Shown one piece after another: positions 33,858 through 44,445 of a stretch of 56,482 nucleotides of DNA. Both the position numbers and the translations under genes were made by a program. Position 1 is the stretch's first letter. The number at the start of each line of letters is the position of its first letter. Below the pieces are notes generated by a model that worked only from the letters and a program-made list of their open reading frames with translations, had not been told where the DNA came from and searched no databases. This stretch comes from Candidatus Nealsonbacteria bacterium (lineage in GTDB: Bacteria > Patescibacteriota > Minisyncoccia > Minisyncoccales > GWA2-46-15), in assembly GCA_016207115.1 (NCBI GenBank), contig JACQQI010000007.1, positions 1 through 56,482 of the forward strand, given 5' to 3'.

Positions 33858-36278
33858 ATGAATATTCTCGATAAGGTTTTCGGCGATCCCAACGAAAAAT
33901 ATCTCAAAGAATTGAGGCAAATCGTCGAGCAGATCAACTCGCGGGAAAAAGACTACGAGGGCTTTTCGGGCGAGAAACTAAAAGAAAAAACTCAGGAATT
34001 CAGGCAGAGACTGGCTGGCGGTGAAACTCTGGATCAAATCTTGCCCGAGGCTTTTGCCTTGGTCAGAGAGGCCTCAAAAAGAACTTTGGGGCAGCGGCAC
34101 TTCGACGTTCAGCTGATGGGCGGCCTGGTCCTGCACCAGGGCAAGATTGCTCAGATGCTCACCGGCGAGGGCAAAACCCTGGTGGCCACCCTGCCTCTCT
34201 ATTTGAACGCATTGGAAGGTCGAGGTTGCCATTTGGTGACGGTCAATGACTATCTGGCCAGGAGAGACACGGTTTGGATGGGGCAGATCTATGATGCTCT
34301 GGGGTTGAGCTGCGGCTGCGTTACGCCGGAGCAAGCCTATCTCTATGATCCGACCTACCGGAGAGACGAAGCGGACCAGGAACGCGACCGCGTGGGCGGA
34401 TTCAAAGTGGTCGAATCTTACCTGCGGCCCGGTGCGAAAAAAGAAGCCTACGGCGCAGACATTACCTACGGCACCAACAACGAGTTTGGTTTCGACTATC
34501 TGCGGGACAACATGGTCTATGACCTAAAGGACAAGTCTCAGCGAGACTTTAATTTTGCCATCGTCGATGAAGTCGACTCGATCTTGATCGACGAAGCCCG
34601 GACCCCCCTGATCATTTCCGCTCCCGAAGCCGAACCTTCCAAAATGTATCAGGAGTTTGCCCGGATCATTCCGCACTTAAAAGAAAAGGAAGATTACGAA
34701 ATCGATGAAAAACTGAGGGCCGTCACCCTGACCGAAGACGGCATCAATAAAGTGGAAAAACTCCTGGGCCTGCAGGATATTTACCAGGAATGGGGGATAA
34801 AATACATTCACCATCTGGAACAGGCTTTGAGGGGGGAAACTCTTTTTAAAAAAGATCGGGATTACGTTGTTAAAAACGGAGAGGTGGTCATCGTCGACGA
34901 GTTTACCGGTCGCTTTCTGCCCGGGCGGCGTTGGTCGGGAGGATTGCACCAGGCGATTGAAGCCAAAGAAGGAGTTCGGGTGCAGCCCGAATCCTTGACC
35001 TTGGCCACGGTGACTTTTCAGAATTATTTCAGGTTGTATCGGAAGCTGGCGGGCATGACCGGCACGGCCGCGACTTCGGCCGAAGAATTTGCCAAAGTCT
35101 ACAACCTCGAGGTGGCCCGGGTGCCGCCCAATCAGCCTCTGGTCCGCCAGGATTTGTCCGATCGCGTCTACAAGTCGGAAAAGGGGAAGTTCCAGGCGTT
35201 GGTTCAAGAGATCAAAGAGAAATACGAGAAAGGGCAGCCCGTTCTCGTCGGCACGAGATCGGTGGAGAAGAATGAGTTTTTAGGGAAGCTCTTAGAAAGA
35301 GAAGGCGTGCCGCATCAAATTTTGAACGCCAAACATCACGAACAAGAAGGACAGATTATCGCTCAGGCCGGCCGGTTCCAAGCCGTGACCATCGCCACCA
35401 ATATGGCCGGGAGGGGTGTGGACATCGTCCTGGGAGGAAATCCCTCCGCTTCCGAAGAAGCGCAGAAGGTCCGGGAATTAGGCGGCCTGCACATCATTGG
35501 CACCGAAAGACATGAAGCGAGGCGCATCGATGACCAGCTGCGCGGGAGAGCGGGCCGGCAAGGAGACCCGGGTTCTTCGCAGTTCTTCCTCTGTCTGGAA
35601 GACGATCTCTTGCGCGTCTTTGGCGGCGAAACCGTTCAAAAATTGATGGAGATGCTGAAAATTCCCGATGACCAACCCATTGAGGCGGCCATGGTCTCCC
35701 GGACCATCGCCGATGCCCAGCAAAAGATCGAAGGCTTTAACCTCGACGCCCGGTCGCATCTCTTGGAATATGACAACGTCATCAACAAACACCGCGAGAC
35801 GATTTATCGGAAGAGAAGAGAGATATTGGAAAGAGCTCAAGATCCGGACTCCAAAACTCAGGTTTTAGAACTTCTCGGGAAATATGGGTATTCAGTCGAG
35901 GAATACGAGAAGAAAGAAAAAGAGATCGGCGCCGAGAACCTGCGCCAGGTGGAAAAGGTTGTCTTCCTGCGGGTTCTGGATAGTTTTTGGGTTGAGCATT
36001 TGGAAAATCTCGAATCTTTGCAGGACGCCGTTCGCCTGCGGGCTTACGGCCAGCAGGACCCTTTGATTGAGTTCAAAAACGAGGGCCATAAAATGTTCCA
36101 GGGGCTTTTGACGACGATCGAAACCGAGGTGGCGCGGGTCCTCGACGGGATCAAGCCCAATAATCAAACGGCCAAGAGAGAAAATGTCGTGGCCCAGAGA
36201 ACCGGGCCCAAGGTGGGCCGGAACGACCCCTGTCCCTGCGGCAGCGGGAAAAAATATAAGCGTTGTCATGGTATATGA
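33858..36278 (+). CDS. secA: Preprotein translocase ATPase SecA
   Basis: '[20 protein letters not shown]', '[18 protein letters not shown]', '[10 protein letters not shown]', C-terminal zinc motif '[14 protein letters not shown]'. Confidence 0.95.
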   Translation: MNILDKVFGDPNEKYLKELRQIVEQINSREKDYEGFSGEKLKEKTQEFRQRLAGGETLDQILPEAFALVREASKRTLGQRHFDVQLMGGLVLHQGKIAQMLTGEGKTLVATLPLYLNALEGRGCHLVTVNDYLARRDTVWMGQIYDALGLSCGCVTPEQAYLYDPTYRRDEADQERDRVGGFKVVESYLRPGAKKEAYGADITYGTNNEFGFDYLRDNMVYDLKDKSQRDFNFAIVDEVDSILIDEARTPLIISAPEAEPSKMYQEFARIIPHLKEKEDYEIDEKLRAVTLTEDGINKVEKLLGLQDIYQEWGIKYIHHLEQALRGETLFKKDRDYVVKNGEVVIVDEFTGRFLPGRRWSGGLHQAIEAKEGVRVQPESLTLATVTFQNYFRLYRKLAGMTGTAATSAEEFAKVYNLEVARVPPNQPLVRQDLSDRVYKSEKGKFQALVQEIKEKYEKGQPVLVGTRSVEKNEFLGKLLEREGVPHQILNAKHHEQEGQIIAQAGRFQAVTIATNMAGRGVDIVLGGNPSASEEAQKVRELGGLHIIGTERHEARRIDDQLRGRAGRQGDPGSSQFFLCLEDDLLRVFGGETVQKLMEMLKIPDDQPIEAAMVSRTIADAQQKIEGFNLDARSHLLEYDNVINKHRETIYRKRREILERAQDPDSKTQVLELLGKYGYSVEEYEKKEKEIGAENLRQVEKVVFLRVLDSFWVEHLENLESLQDAVRLRAYGQQDPLIEFKNEGHKMFQGLLTTIETEVARVLDGIKPNNQTAKRENVVAQRTGPKVGRNDPCPCGSGKKYKRCHGI

Positions 36279-36339
36279 CAACGCGCAATCCTGAGCGAAG
36301 TCGAAGGACAAACACTGTCACGGGAAATAAGAAAACGAG

Positions 36340-36915
36340 ATGACAAAAACTGAGCAATTGCTGCAAATCCTAGAAAAGAACCCGAGCGTGCAAGCGATTT
36401 TAAATCAAGCCGGTCGCTTGAAAATGCCGAATTGGTATCTGGGCGCCGGCGGCATCGTCCAGACGGCCTGGAACGTTTGGCACGGTTTTGATCCGGAAAA
36501 CGGCATCAAGGATTACGACCTGGTTTACTACGACGCCGGCGACACTTCGTATGAAGGGGAAGATCTTTTTATCCAGAAAGGCAAAGAATTATTTAAAGAC
36601 ATTTCTGTGCCGGTGGAGATCCGGAATCAGGCCCGGGTTTACCTTTGGTACGAAAAGCACTTTGGCCGGCCCATCGAGCAGTCCAAATCGGTCGAAGAAG
36701 CCATCGGCGCCTGGCCGACCACAGCCACCTCGGTCGGGGTGAGGAAGGAGAAGAACGGAGAGCTGCGGGTTTACGCCCCCTTTGGCTTGGACGATTTGCT
36801 GGGAATGGTCGTTCGCGCCAACAAGGCGCAGATTACCGAAAAGATCTATCGGGACAAGGTGGAGAGGTGGATAAGAATCTGGCCGAACCTAAAAGTGATT
36901 CCCTGGGAAGAATGA
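36340..36915 (+). CDS. Nucleotidyltransferase family protein (DUF925/NTP_transf_6-like)
   Basis: 'NWYLGAGGIVQTAWNVWHGFDPENGIKDYDLVYYD'. Confidence 0.55.
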   Translation: MTKTEQLLQILEKNPSVQAILNQAGRLKMPNWYLGAGGIVQTAWNVWHGFDPENGIKDYDLVYYDAGDTSYEGEDLFIQKGKELFKDISVPVEIRNQARVYLWYEKHFGRPIEQSKSVEEAIGAWPTTATSVGVRKEKNGELRVYAPFGLDDLLGMVVRANKAQITEKIYRDKVERWIRIWPNLKVIPWEE

Positions 36916-36953
36916 TGATTGACGGAAAGGTAAAATCCATCTAGAATAATTAA

Positions 36954-38381
36954 ATGACCAAGAGAAAGTCTTTTTTAATTTTAACCGCCATTATTTTGCT
37001 GGCTTTCCTGGCCGGCAATTTAGCCTTTCCTTTTCCGTTAAACCGCGGGATTGATTTTTTGAATGCCCAAATTAAGCTCTGGGAACAGAATCCCAAACTG
37101 AAGATTGTCGCCGAGAAGGTCAAAATCCGGCATTTCATTGATATTCCCTTTAAGCTCGGCCTGGACCTACAGGGCGGCACGCATCTTTTGTATCAGGCCG
37201 ATTTGAACAATATCGCGGTGGCCGACCAGAAAAATGCCCTAGCCGGTTTACGGGACGTCATCGAAAGAAGAGTCAATCTCTTTGGCGTTCGGGAACCGCA
37301 GGTTCTGGTCGAGGAAAAGAGCCAGCGACTGATCGTCGAATTGGCCGGCGTCAACGACGTCCAGGAAGCCATCAAGATGATCGGCCAGACGCCCTTTCTT
37401 GAATTCCGAGAACCCCGGCCCGAAGAACAAACGAACTTGATTCTCGCCAAGCAAAAAGAACTGGAAGGCAAGACTTATGAAGAAGCCCAGCAGGTGGCGG
37501 ATTGGCAGTTGGCTTTGGAAGATCCTTATTTTATGCCCACTCAGCTGACCGGACGCTACCTGAAGAAGGCAGACCTGGCCTTTGCCCCGACCACCAACAA
37601 GCCCGTGGTTTCGATCCAGTTCAACGACGAAGGCGCCAAATTATTTGAAGAACTGACGACCAAGAACGTGGGTAAGCCCTTGGCCATCTACATCGACAAC
37701 GCTCTTCTGTCGCGGCCCGTGGTCCAGGAAGCCATCAAGGGCGGCCAGGCTCAGATCACCGGCGACTTTACCGTGGAGGCCGGCCGGGAACTGGCGCGCA
37801 ACCTCAACGCCGGCGCCCTGCCCGTGCCCATCAAATTAGTCTCTCAGGAGACCATCGGCCCCAGCCTGGGACAAGCCTCTCTCGAGAAATCCCTGAAAGC
37901 CGGCCTCATTGGCTTTGGCCTGGTTTTTGTTTTCATGCTGCTTTTTTACCGTTTGCCCGGCTTGCTGGCTTCTCTGGCCTTGGCCATCTACATTGCCCTG
38001 GTTCTTTCCCTTTTTAAAATCATCCCCGTGACCCTGACCCTGGCCGGCATCGCCGGGTTCATTCTTTCCATCGGCATGGCCGTCGACGCCAACATCTTGA
38101 TCTTCGCCCGGATGCGTGAGGAGTTGAAGCAGGGCAAATCTCTGTCTCTGGCCGTGGAAGACGGCTTCAAAAGAGCCTGGCCGTCGATCCGGGACAGCAA
38201 CGCCAACTCCATCATCGTGACCCTGATCCTTTTCGGTTTCGGCGTGGGTTTTGTCAAAGGCTTTGCTCTGACCCTGATGGTCGGCATTGTCTTGAGTCTG
38301 TTTTCCGCCATTTTCCTGACCCGCAATTTCTTGCGGCTGGTCGAGAACACTTTTTTAGCCCGAGCTAAATGGTTGTGGTGA
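36954..38381 (+). CDS. secD: Protein translocase subunit SecD
   Basis: 'LGLDLQGGTHLLYQAD', 'GPSLGQASLEKSLKAG', 'SIGMAVDANILIFARMREE'. Confidence 0.9.
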   Translation: MTKRKSFLILTAIILLAFLAGNLAFPFPLNRGIDFLNAQIKLWEQNPKLKIVAEKVKIRHFIDIPFKLGLDLQGGTHLLYQADLNNIAVADQKNALAGLRDVIERRVNLFGVREPQVLVEEKSQRLIVELAGVNDVQEAIKMIGQTPFLEFREPRPEEQTNLILAKQKELEGKTYEEAQQVADWQLALEDPYFMPTQLTGRYLKKADLAFAPTTNKPVVSIQFNDEGAKLFEELTTKNVGKPLAIYIDNALLSRPVVQEAIKGGQAQITGDFTVEAGRELARNLNAGALPVPIKLVSQETIGPSLGQASLEKSLKAGLIGFGLVFVFMLLFYRLPGLLASLALAIYIALVLSLFKIIPVTLTLAGIAGFILSIGMAVDANILIFARMREELKQGKSLSLAVEDGFKRAWPSIRDSNANSIIVTLILFGFGVGFVKGFALTLMVGIVLSLFSAIFLTRNFLRLVENTFLARAKWLW

Positions 38382-38383
38382 AA

Positions 38384-39283
38384 ATGTTTAACTTTGTTAA
38401 ATATCGCCGATTCTATTATCTTTTCTCCGGTCTTTTGATTTTGGCCAGCCTCTTTTCCGTTTTCCGTTTTGGTCTAAAGATGGGCATCGAGTTCACCGGG
38501 GGAAGCTTGATGGAATTGCAGTTTGAAAACCGGCCCGCCAATCAGGAGATCCAGGAGAAATTGGCCAAATTGAATCTGGGCGAGATCGTCGTCCAGCCGA
38601 CCGGAGAGCGGGGCGTTTTTCTGAGATTTAAGGAGATCGATGAAGCCGCTCACCAAGAGGTCTTGAGGGAATTGAATAATCCTCAAGAGATGAGCTTTGA
38701 AACGATCGGTCCGACCATCGGCCAGGAACTGGAGAGAAAGACCCTCTGGGCCGTTTTTCTGGCCCTGATCGCCATCACCGTCTATATTGCCCTGGCCTTT
38801 CGTCGGGTTTCTGGACAGGTTAATTCTTTCCAATACGGCCTGGCTTCCCTGATTGCTCTCTTCCACGACGTCCTGATCCCCATCGGTGCCTTTGCCCTGC
38901 TGGGTCATTTTTACAACCTGGAGATCACCATCGCTTTCGTCGCCGCCCTGTTGACGGTCTTGGGTTTTTCGGTGCACGACACGATCGTCGTTTTCGATCG
39001 GGTCCGGGAGAACCTTCTCAAAAAGAGCTCCTTGAGCTTCGAAGAAGTCGTCAACTTGAGTCTAAACCAGACTTTGGGACGATCAATCAATACGGTCCTG
39101 ACCGTGCTCTTCACCCTCCTAGCCATCTATTTCTTCGGCGGCGAAACCCTGCGGCCCTTTGCCCTTTCCTTGATCATCGGCGTGACTTCCGGAGCCTATT
39201 CTTCGATTTTCATCGCCAGCCCCCTCCTGGTTACCTGGCAGGGGATCAGGGGACCCAAGGGCATTGACAAGAGGTCGAGATAG
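38384..39283 (+). CDS. secF: Protein translocase subunit SecF
   Basis: 'GIEFTGGSLMELQF', 'GFSVHDTIVVFDRVREN'. ATG at 38384 lies just after the secD TGA. Confidence 0.9.
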   Translation: MFNFVKYRRFYYLFSGLLILASLFSVFRFGLKMGIEFTGGSLMELQFENRPANQEIQEKLAKLNLGEIVVQPTGERGVFLRFKEIDEAAHQEVLRELNNPQEMSFETIGPTIGQELERKTLWAVFLALIAITVYIALAFRRVSGQVNSFQYGLASLIALFHDVLIPIGAFALLGHFYNLEITIAFVAALLTVLGFSVHDTIVVFDRVRENLLKKSSLSFEEVVNLSLNQTLGRSINTVLTVLFTLLAIYFFGGETLRPFALSLIIGVTSGAYSSIFIASPLLVTWQGIRGPKGIDKRSR

Positions 39284-39343
39284 TGTCATAACAGGTAAAT
39301 ACCTGATATATCGGGCTTCGCCCGCTATAATGCAAAAATACAT

Positions 39344-40399
39344 ATGGCTTTGAATTACCAAAAGGATTTAGCCGCTCTTTTTGAGGGCCTAAATTCTAGA
39401 CAAAAAGAGATCATTTTTCGAAGATTTGGCTTAAACGCAAAAGAAGGGGAAACTTTGGAAGCGATCGGACAGGACTTGGGGCTGACCAGAGAAAGAGTCC
39501 GCCAAATCGTCGAGACGACCTTGGTTAAGATCCGGAGGGAATCAATCACTCCGGAAATGACCAAGGCTTTTTCGAGTTTAAGAAACTATTTACAGAAGAG
39601 CGGGGGATTGAAGAAAGAAGATCTTCTTTTTTCCGATCCTCTTTTCAATCATCAGGCCAATTCTCGCGCCGGGATCAATTTTCTTTTGACTCTCGGCGGG
39701 AATTTTTTCCGTTCCGGAGAAACTAAGGAACTCCAGGCTTTTTGGGCTCTCGAGGCCCAAAAATTATCCTCGGCTCAGAAATTGATCCAAGCCATCGAGA
39801 AAAAGCTGACCAAAGAGAAAAAACTTCTGAGTGTCAAGGATTTAGCTTCGCTGGCGCCGGGCAACCCCGCCTTTTTGAAATCGGTCCTCGAAGTTTCGAA
39901 AACGGTTTTGCGAACCGGCCAGGATCGATACGGGTTGAAAGCTTGGCCCGAGGTCAACCCCCGGGGCGTGCGGGACCTGGCTCTCTTGGTTTTTAAAAAG
40001 ATCAAAAAACCTTTGCATTTTACCGAGGTGGCTAATTCAATCGACGAGTTTTTGTCTCCGCAAAAGCCCGCGGAATTTTCCGTCGTGGCCGCCGGCGCGG
40101 CGCCGGCGACGAGAACGAATTTCCAGACGGTTCATAACGAGTTGATCAAAGATACCCGCTTCGTGCTCGTCGGCCGAGGAGTCTACGCTTTGAGAGAGTG
40201 GGGCTACGAACCGGGCACGGTCAAGGAGGTTATCTCTAAGGTTTTACAAGAAGCCAAACAACCCCTGTCCCAGGACGAGGTCTTAAAGAGGGTGTTGTCT
40301 CAGCGCTTGGTCAAGGAGAGCACGATTCTTTTGAATCTGGGCAACAAGAAGTGTTTTCTGAAGTCAGAAGACGGCCGCTATTCTATCCACGAGGCCTGA
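39344..40399 (+). CDS. DNA-binding protein with N-terminal sigma-70 region-4 HTH and C-terminal HARE-HTH-like domain
   Basis: 'RQKEIIFRRFGLNAKEGETLEAIGQDLGLTRERVRQIVE'. 'LHFTEVANSIDEF ... DTRFVLVGRGVYALREWGY'. Confidence 0.6.
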   Translation: MALNYQKDLAALFEGLNSRQKEIIFRRFGLNAKEGETLEAIGQDLGLTRERVRQIVETTLVKIRRESITPEMTKAFSSLRNYLQKSGGLKKEDLLFSDPLFNHQANSRAGINFLLTLGGNFFRSGETKELQAFWALEAQKLSSAQKLIQAIEKKLTKEKKLLSVKDLASLAPGNPAFLKSVLEVSKTVLRTGQDRYGLKAWPEVNPRGVRDLALLVFKKIKKPLHFTEVANSIDEFLSPQKPAEFSVVAAGAAPATRTNFQTVHNELIKDTRFVLVGRGVYALREWGYEPGTVKEVISKVLQEAKQPLSQDEVLKRVLSQRLVKESTILLNLGNKKCFLKSEDGRYSIHEA

Positions 40400-40436
40400 A
40401 AACGATCTTTAAATAACGTAAAATCCCTTTCGGAGA

Positions 40437-41780
40437 ATGCCGAGCGAACCTTCGTTATCTTTGCTCTTCTCTTTGCCCAAAACCTATTTTGGAGCCATTC
40501 TCGAACAATGGTGGTGGCTTTTTTTAATTGTGGAGTGTTTCTGGATGGGCAAGATCATGCTTTTTCTCTGGTACCATTGGCGCAAAGAGATTTTTGACGC
40601 CAAGGAAAACGATCCCCGCGTGCTCCTGGAAATCAAGGTTCCCGAGGAAGTTTTGGAGCCGATCAAGGCCATGGAGACGGTCATCACCGGTTTCTGGCAG
40701 ATCTACGGCCTGCCCAACTGGTTCGAGAAATGGTGGGAGGGCAACGACCCGACCGGCTTCACCCTGGAAATTGCCAGCCTGGACGGCGTGCCCCACTTTT
40801 ACGTGCGCACGCCCAAAAGGTTCCAGCCGATCTTTGAAACTCACATTTATTCTCAGTATCCCCAGGCCGAGATTACCGAAGTTGAAGACTACACCAAAAA
40901 TGTACCCCAAGACATTCCCAATGCCGACTGGGATCTCTGGGGGCTAGAATACAAAAATCTCAAGCACTGGGGCTATCCCATCAGAACCTACAGCGAATTC
41001 GAGACCGGCAAGGAGGAAGAAGAAAAGAGGATCGACCCCATCGCTTCGCTCTTGGAAGGTATGGCCAGACTAAAACCGGGCGAACAGCTCTGGGTTCAGA
41101 TCCGTTGCTTGCCGGTGCTCGACGAATATTTGCCCTGGAAAGATGCCGCCAAGAAACTACGCGATAAGCTGGCCCGGCGCAACGTCTCCGAAACTAAATC
41201 CAAGCCCATGCTGCAGGAGGCGGCCGAGATTCTCATTTTGGGTCAGGTCTCTGGACCGCCTCCGGCCGAGGAAAAAGACTTTATCCCCGTGGAAATGAAG
41301 CTGACGCCGGGAGAAAAAGAAGTGGTCGGCGCCGTGGAGAGAAAGATCAGCAAGCTCGGCTTCCTCTGCAACATCAAATATATTTACGTGGCCAAGCGTG
41401 ACGTTCTCTTCAAGCCGAACCAGAGGCTGGTCATGAGCTATTTCACCAACTTCGTCACCGACAACATGCAGGGTTTGGTGCCTTCGCCCGACTCCATCAC
41501 CAAGATCAAACAAAATTGGTACGATTGGTTCTGGTTTAAGAAACAGCGCCTCTTTCTGCGCAAGCGGCGGCTTTTCCGCAGTTACGTCAATCGCATCTGG
41601 GTCGGTTATCCCAATCCCTGCGTGACTGATCCCGATAAATCCGGGCGCCGTTTTGTCCTGACGGCCGAAGAGATCGCCTCGCTCTACCACTTCCCGGGCC
41701 GGCTGCAGGCTCAGGCGCCGACGATGCAGAGAGTGGAGGCCAAAAAGGGCGAGCCGCCCTCGGGATTGCCCGTGGGCTAA
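40437..41780 (+). CDS. Membrane-anchored hypothetical protein (partner of the downstream ATPase)
   Basis: N-terminal TM 'WWWLFLIVECFWMGKIMLFLWYHW'. No family recognised. The stop lies 12 nt before the ATPase gene. Confidence 0.6.
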   Translation: MPSEPSLSLLFSLPKTYFGAILEQWWWLFLIVECFWMGKIMLFLWYHWRKEIFDAKENDPRVLLEIKVPEEVLEPIKAMETVITGFWQIYGLPNWFEKWWEGNDPTGFTLEIASLDGVPHFYVRTPKRFQPIFETHIYSQYPQAEITEVEDYTKNVPQDIPNADWDLWGLEYKNLKHWGYPIRTYSEFETGKEEEEKRIDPIASLLEGMARLKPGEQLWVQIRCLPVLDEYLPWKDAAKKLRDKLARRNVSETKSKPMLQEAAEILILGQVSGPPPAEEKDFIPVEMKLTPGEKEVVGAVERKISKLGFLCNIKYIYVAKRDVLFKPNQRLVMSYFTNFVTDNMQGLVPSPDSITKIKQNWYDWFWFKKQRLFLRKRRLFRSYVNRIWVGYPNPCVTDPDKSGRRFVLTAEEIASLYHFPGRLQAQAPTMQRVEAKKGEPPSGLPVG

Positions 41781-41792
41781 GATCGTAAAGAT

Positions 41793-43427
41793 ATGAACGA
41801 ATCAGAGATCAACTTTTTTGCCGAAACGACTTTTCGCCACGAGCGGAGGAAATTTGGCATCAAATTAGACGACCGGCGCAAGCACATGTATTTCATCGGC
41901 AAGACCGGCATGGGCAAAACCAACGCCATGGCCAACATGGCCATCCAGGACATTCAGGCGGGGCGAGGGATTGGCTTCATCGATCCCCATGGCGAGACGG
42001 CTCAGGCCTTGCTGGATTTCGTGCCGTCCGAGAGAGTCAACGACGTCGTCTTTTTCAATCCCGCCGACCTGGATTTTCCCATCTCTTTCAACGTCATGGA
42101 AAAGGTGGACGTGGAACACCGCCACCTGGTCGCCTCGGGTCTTATGGGCGTTTTCAAAAAGCTCTGGCCCGACGTCTGGTCGGCCCGCATGGAATACATT
42201 TTGAATAATGCCATTTTGGCTCTTCTAGAGTATCCGGGCTCGACGCTCCTCGGCATCAACCGCATGCTCGGGGATCCCGAGTACCGAGCGAAAGTGCTGG
42301 AGAAAGTGACCGATCCGGTCATCCGAGCTTTTTGGTTGCAGGAATACGCTCGCTACACCCAGCGCTACGAGGTGGAAGCCACGGCCGCCATCCAAAACAA
42401 AGTCGGCCAGTTCATCTCGGCCCCCCTGATCCGCAACATCATCGGCCAGGTTTCTTCCAAGATCGACATGCGGGAAATCATGGATAGTCATAAAATTCTG
42501 ATCATGGACGTTTCCAAGGGCCGGATCGGCGAAGACAACTCCATGCTACTGGGGTCGTTGCTCGTCACTAAGCTGCAGCTGGCGGCCATGTCCCGCGTCG
42601 ACATTCCCGAGGAACAAAGACAAGACTTTTTCCTCTACGTCGACGAGTTCCAGAATTTTGCCACCGAGTCCTTTGCCAATATCCTCTCCGAAGCCCGGAA
42701 ATATCGGCTGGATCTGATTTTGGGCCACCAGTACATCACCCAACTGATCGAAGAAGTCCGCGACGCAGTTTTTGGCAATATGGGTACACTGGTTTGTTTT
42801 CGGATCGGCGCCGAAGACGCCGAGTTCCTGGAAAGGGAATTCTCGCCTGATTTTACCGCCGCCGACCTGGTCAATCTGGGTAAGTACAACGTTTACTTAA
42901 AATTGATGATCGATGGATTGACCGGACGGCCATTTTCCGCCCAGACCTTGCCACCGATTTTAAAGCCGGAGAAGTCCAGCCGGGAGAAAATCATCTATGT
43001 TTCCCGGGAAAGATACAGCGTGGCGAGGAGCGTCGTGGAAGACAAAATCAGCCGCTGGACGGGTTTGTCCGAAGGCAAAGCACTCCCGCCGGTTACCGCC
43101 GCCGAGGGGGCGCTCTACGATGCTCAGTGCGAGACGTGCAAGAAGTGGACCAAGGTGGTTTTTAAGCCGGACGGCAAGCGCCCGGTCTACTGCAAAACCT
43201 GTTTGAAAAAGGTGCAGCGGGAAAGAGAAAAACCGGCCGAGACTCCGATTGAAAGACCGCCGGCGAGCTCGCCACCTCTTTCTCTGGCCGAAGCCTTGAC
43301 CAAAGAGCCGGTTTCTTTTTCGGCCAAAAAGGAAAGGCCTCGCGCCGCTCCCGAGATGGATAAAGTCAAGGAGGCGATCAAAGAAGCGCTGGCCGAGGAA
43401 AAACATGAAAACGATTCGAGGCCTTAA
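41793..43427 (+). CDS. VirD4/TraG/TraD-like (FtsK-HerA superfamily) P-loop ATPase with C-terminal CxxC-x17-CxxC zinc ribbon and charged tail
   Basis: Walker A 'FIGKTGMGKTN'. Walker B 'FFLYVDEFQNFA'. 'ARKYRLDLILGHQYITQL'. 'CETCKKWTKVVFKPDGKRPVYCKTC'. Confidence 0.75.
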   Translation: MNESEINFFAETTFRHERRKFGIKLDDRRKHMYFIGKTGMGKTNAMANMAIQDIQAGRGIGFIDPHGETAQALLDFVPSERVNDVVFFNPADLDFPISFNVMEKVDVEHRHLVASGLMGVFKKLWPDVWSARMEYILNNAILALLEYPGSTLLGINRMLGDPEYRAKVLEKVTDPVIRAFWLQEYARYTQRYEVEATAAIQNKVGQFISAPLIRNIIGQVSSKIDMREIMDSHKILIMDVSKGRIGEDNSMLLGSLLVTKLQLAAMSRVDIPEEQRQDFFLYVDEFQNFATESFANILSEARKYRLDLILGHQYITQLIEEVRDAVFGNMGTLVCFRIGAEDAEFLEREFSPDFTAADLVNLGKYNVYLKLMIDGLTGRPFSAQTLPPILKPEKSSREKIIYVSRERYSVARSVVEDKISRWTGLSEGKALPPVTAAEGALYDAQCETCKKWTKVVFKPDGKRPVYCKTCLKKVQREREKPAETPIERPPASSPPLSLAEALTKEPVSFSAKKERPRAAPEMDKVKEAIKEALAEEKHENDSRP

Positions 43428-44445
43428 CGTCAGAGGCAAAAGAGTTTTAGTCAGAAGTGATTTCAATGTCCCCCTGAGCCCAGAAGGGGATATTTTAGAT
43501 GATTTTAAAATTCGTCAAACCCTACCGACCATTAATTATCTTGTTCGTCGGCGGGCTCGGATCATTCTCATGTCTCATCTGGATGATCCGGGCGGCCGGG
43601 TGATCGAGCGTCTGCGCCTTGACCGGATTCAGAAGAGACTGGAAAAACACTTGGGCCAGACGGTTTTAAAAGCGGCCGATTGCGTCGGCCCGGAGGTTCG
43701 GAATCTGGTCAAAAAAATGAAGCCGGGCCAGGTTCTCCTGCTGGAAAATCTGCGCTTTCACGCCGCCGAAGAAAAGGGGTCGCTTCGTTTTACTAAGAAA
43801 CTAGCCGAGCTGGGCGATGTTTTCCTCAACGACGCTTTTGCTGTTTCTCACCGAGATCACGCTTCTCTGAAGGTGGCTCGGGTCTTGCCGAGCGGGGCCG
43901 GGCTCTTATTGACTCAAGAAATCCAGGTTTTGACTCGTTTGCGGGACAATCCCAGGAAGCCTTTGGTCGTCATTCTCGGCGGCCAAGCCAAGGGTTTGGA
44001 AACGAAATTACGATTGATCAATCGCTACGCGGGCCAAGGCGCCTGGGTGCTTTTGGCCAATCTGGTGGCCGATGAATTAGAGAGAAGAAAGAAGAAACTC
44101 TCGTCGCCGGCTCAGGTCATTTGCCCGGTTGATTCCGTCCGTGGCTACGACATCGGTCAGCGGACCTTGAAAAGTTTCCGGAAGAAGATCGCAAAGGCCA
44201 AGACGATTTTCTGGTCTGGCCCTTTGGGCTGGATCGAGAAAAAAAAGTATTCCCGTGGTTCCCAAGAAGTCGCTCGAGCCATCATTCAAAGCCGGGCCTT
44301 TTCGGTGGCCGGCGGGGGAGAGACGAGTTGGTTTTTGCGGCAGCGCGGCCTCGCCGGAAAATTTAATCATCTTTCGACCGGCGGCGACGCTTTACTCTTG
44401 TTTTTAGCCGGTGAGAAGTTGCCGGGCATTGAGGCCCTGGGATGA
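43405..44445 (+). CDS. pgk: Phosphoglycerate kinase (short form, 346 aa)
   Basis: 'KRVLVRSDFNVPL', 'LLENLRFHAAEE', 'FLNDAFAVSHRDHAS', 'FWSGPLGWIE', 'VAGGGETS', 'STGGDALLLFLAGEKLPGIEAL'. Confidence 0.8.
   Translation: MKTIRGLNVRGKRVLVRSDFNVPLSPEGDILDDFKIRQTLPTINYLVRRRARIILMSHLDDPGGRVIERLRLDRIQKRLEKHLGQTVLKAADCVGPEVRNLVKKMKPGQVLLLENLRFHAAEEKGSLRFTKKLAELGDVFLNDAFAVSHRDHASLKVARVLPSGAGLLLTQEIQVLTRLRDNPRKPLVVILGGQAKGLETKLRLINRYAGQGAWVLLANLVADELERRKKKLSSPAQVICPVDSVRGYDIGQRTLKSFRKKIAKAKTIFWSGPLGWIEKKKYSRGSQEVARAIIQSRAFSVAGGGETSWFLRQRGLAGKFNHLSTGGDALLLFLAGEKLPGIEALG

Noticed and set aside
38379-44445. An alternative genetic code in which UGA is read as Gly, as in some candidate phyla.
   Set aside because: TGA terminates secD (38379-38381) and pgk (44443-44445) exactly where homologues end. 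No conserved protein requires read-through of an in-frame TGA.
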